DNA of 24,000 nucleotides from Thiobacillus sp. 63-78. GTDB lineage: Bacteria; Pseudomonadota; Gammaproteobacteria; Burkholderiales; Thiobacillaceae. Of this stretch, positions 23,551 through 24,000 are shown one piece after another. The stretch's first letter is position 1. Each line of letters starts with the position of its first letter. The position numbers were made by a program, and so were the translations under genes. The stretch spans positions 83,129-107,128 of the forward strand of contig NZ_MKWM01000073.1 in NCBI RefSeq assembly GCF_001899765.1, in the 5' to 3' direction. Under the pieces are notes generated by a model. The model was given only the letters and a program-made list of their open reading frames with translations, searched no databases and was not told where the DNA came from.

Positions 23551-24000
23551 GCTGCCGCTCCTGCCCGGTGCCACGCTGGGGATTCTCGGTGGCGGCCAGC
23601 TCGGCCGCATGTTCACCATCGCCGCCCGCACCATGGGCTACAAGGTGATGGTGCTCGACCCCGATGCCGCCAGCCCCGCCGGGCAGATGGCCGATGTACA
23701 CCTGCAGGCCGGCTATGACGACCAGGCCGCGCTGAAACGGCTGGGCGAGACCTGCGCCGCCGTCACCACCGAATTCGAGAACGTCCCCGCCGCCAGCCTG
23801 ATCGAACTGGCAGGGCATTGCCGGGTATCGCCCGGCGCGGACGCCGTCGCCATCGTGCAGGACCGCGGCCATGAAAAATCCTGGCTCGCCGGAAACGGCT
23901 TCGCCACCGCACCGTTCGCACTGATCCGCAGCGAGGACGATCTCGACGCCGCGCTGGCGGAATTTGGCACGCCGTCGCTCCTCAAGGTGTCGCGTTTCGG
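23540..24000 (+). CDS. purK: N5-carboxyaminoimidazole ribonucleotide synthase (5' part; runs off window)
   Basis: Absent from the ORF track because there is no stop in the window. ATG 23540 overlaps the purE stop by 11 nt. [42 protein letters not shown]...VTTEFENVP... is the PurK N-terminal/ATP-grasp signature. Confidence 0.88.
   Translation, partial: MSSKLPLLPGATLGILGGGQLGRMFTIAARTMGYKVMVLDPDAASPAGQMADVHLQAGYDDQAALKRLGETCAAVTTEFENVPAASLIELAGHCRVSPGADAVAIVQDRGHEKSWLAGNGFATAPFALIRSEDDLDAALAEFGTPSLLKVSRF

Noticed and set aside
22963-23634. N-terminal two thirds of the 339-aa minus-strand ORF 22615..23634
   Set aside because: This part is antisense to purE/purK and has a shadow-like composition. 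Only the last 115 codons, from ATG 22962 with a GGAG SD, form a coherent DUF486-type membrane protein.

Overview
GC-rich proteobacterial chromosome segment. Gene content suggests a betaproteobacterial chemolithoautotroph, but that is inference only. Carbon fixation genes dominate the window.

Layout:
- 1-8144, minus strand: one long efflux operon. It encodes a TolC-like outer-membrane factor, a HlyD-type adaptor, two separate ABC ATPases and two ABC-2 permeases (YbhGFSR-like). A cytochrome c-prime gene is translationally coupled to its end, followed by a divergent TetR-like ORF and a truncated membrane-protein gene.
- 8495-10297, minus: an isolated bioA.
- 10457-14401, minus: red-type form I RuBisCO operon, cbbL-cbbS-(hairpin)-DJ-1/YajL-cbbX-orphan ORF, with a divergent cbbR (14576-15478).
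- 15596-20505, minus: form II RuBisCO operon, cbbM-(strong terminator)-cbbQ-(repeat element)-cbbO, with a second divergent LysR/cbbR paralog (20643-21593).
- Right end: rhodanese, a DsrC/TusE-like protein, a DUF486 membrane protein, purE and the start of purK.

No tRNA, rRNA or CRISPR array was seen.

The most unusual content is repeat and mobile DNA sitting inside reading frames:
1. A 489-bp cassette interrupts bioA exactly in frame, close to the PLP-lysine motif. It has about 38-bp hairpin-forming terminal inverted repeats and a 5-6 bp flanking direct repeat. It encodes a start-less, stop-less DUF559 (Vsr-like) nuclease domain.
2. Three nuclease-less copies of the same hairpin module sit in frame inside cbbO.
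3. A second, unrelated inverted-repeat element built from CACAGAG(G/A) octamers fills the cbbQ-cbbO junction.

Many long ORFs in the supplied track are antisense shadow ORFs, as is typical of high-GC DNA, and were rejected.
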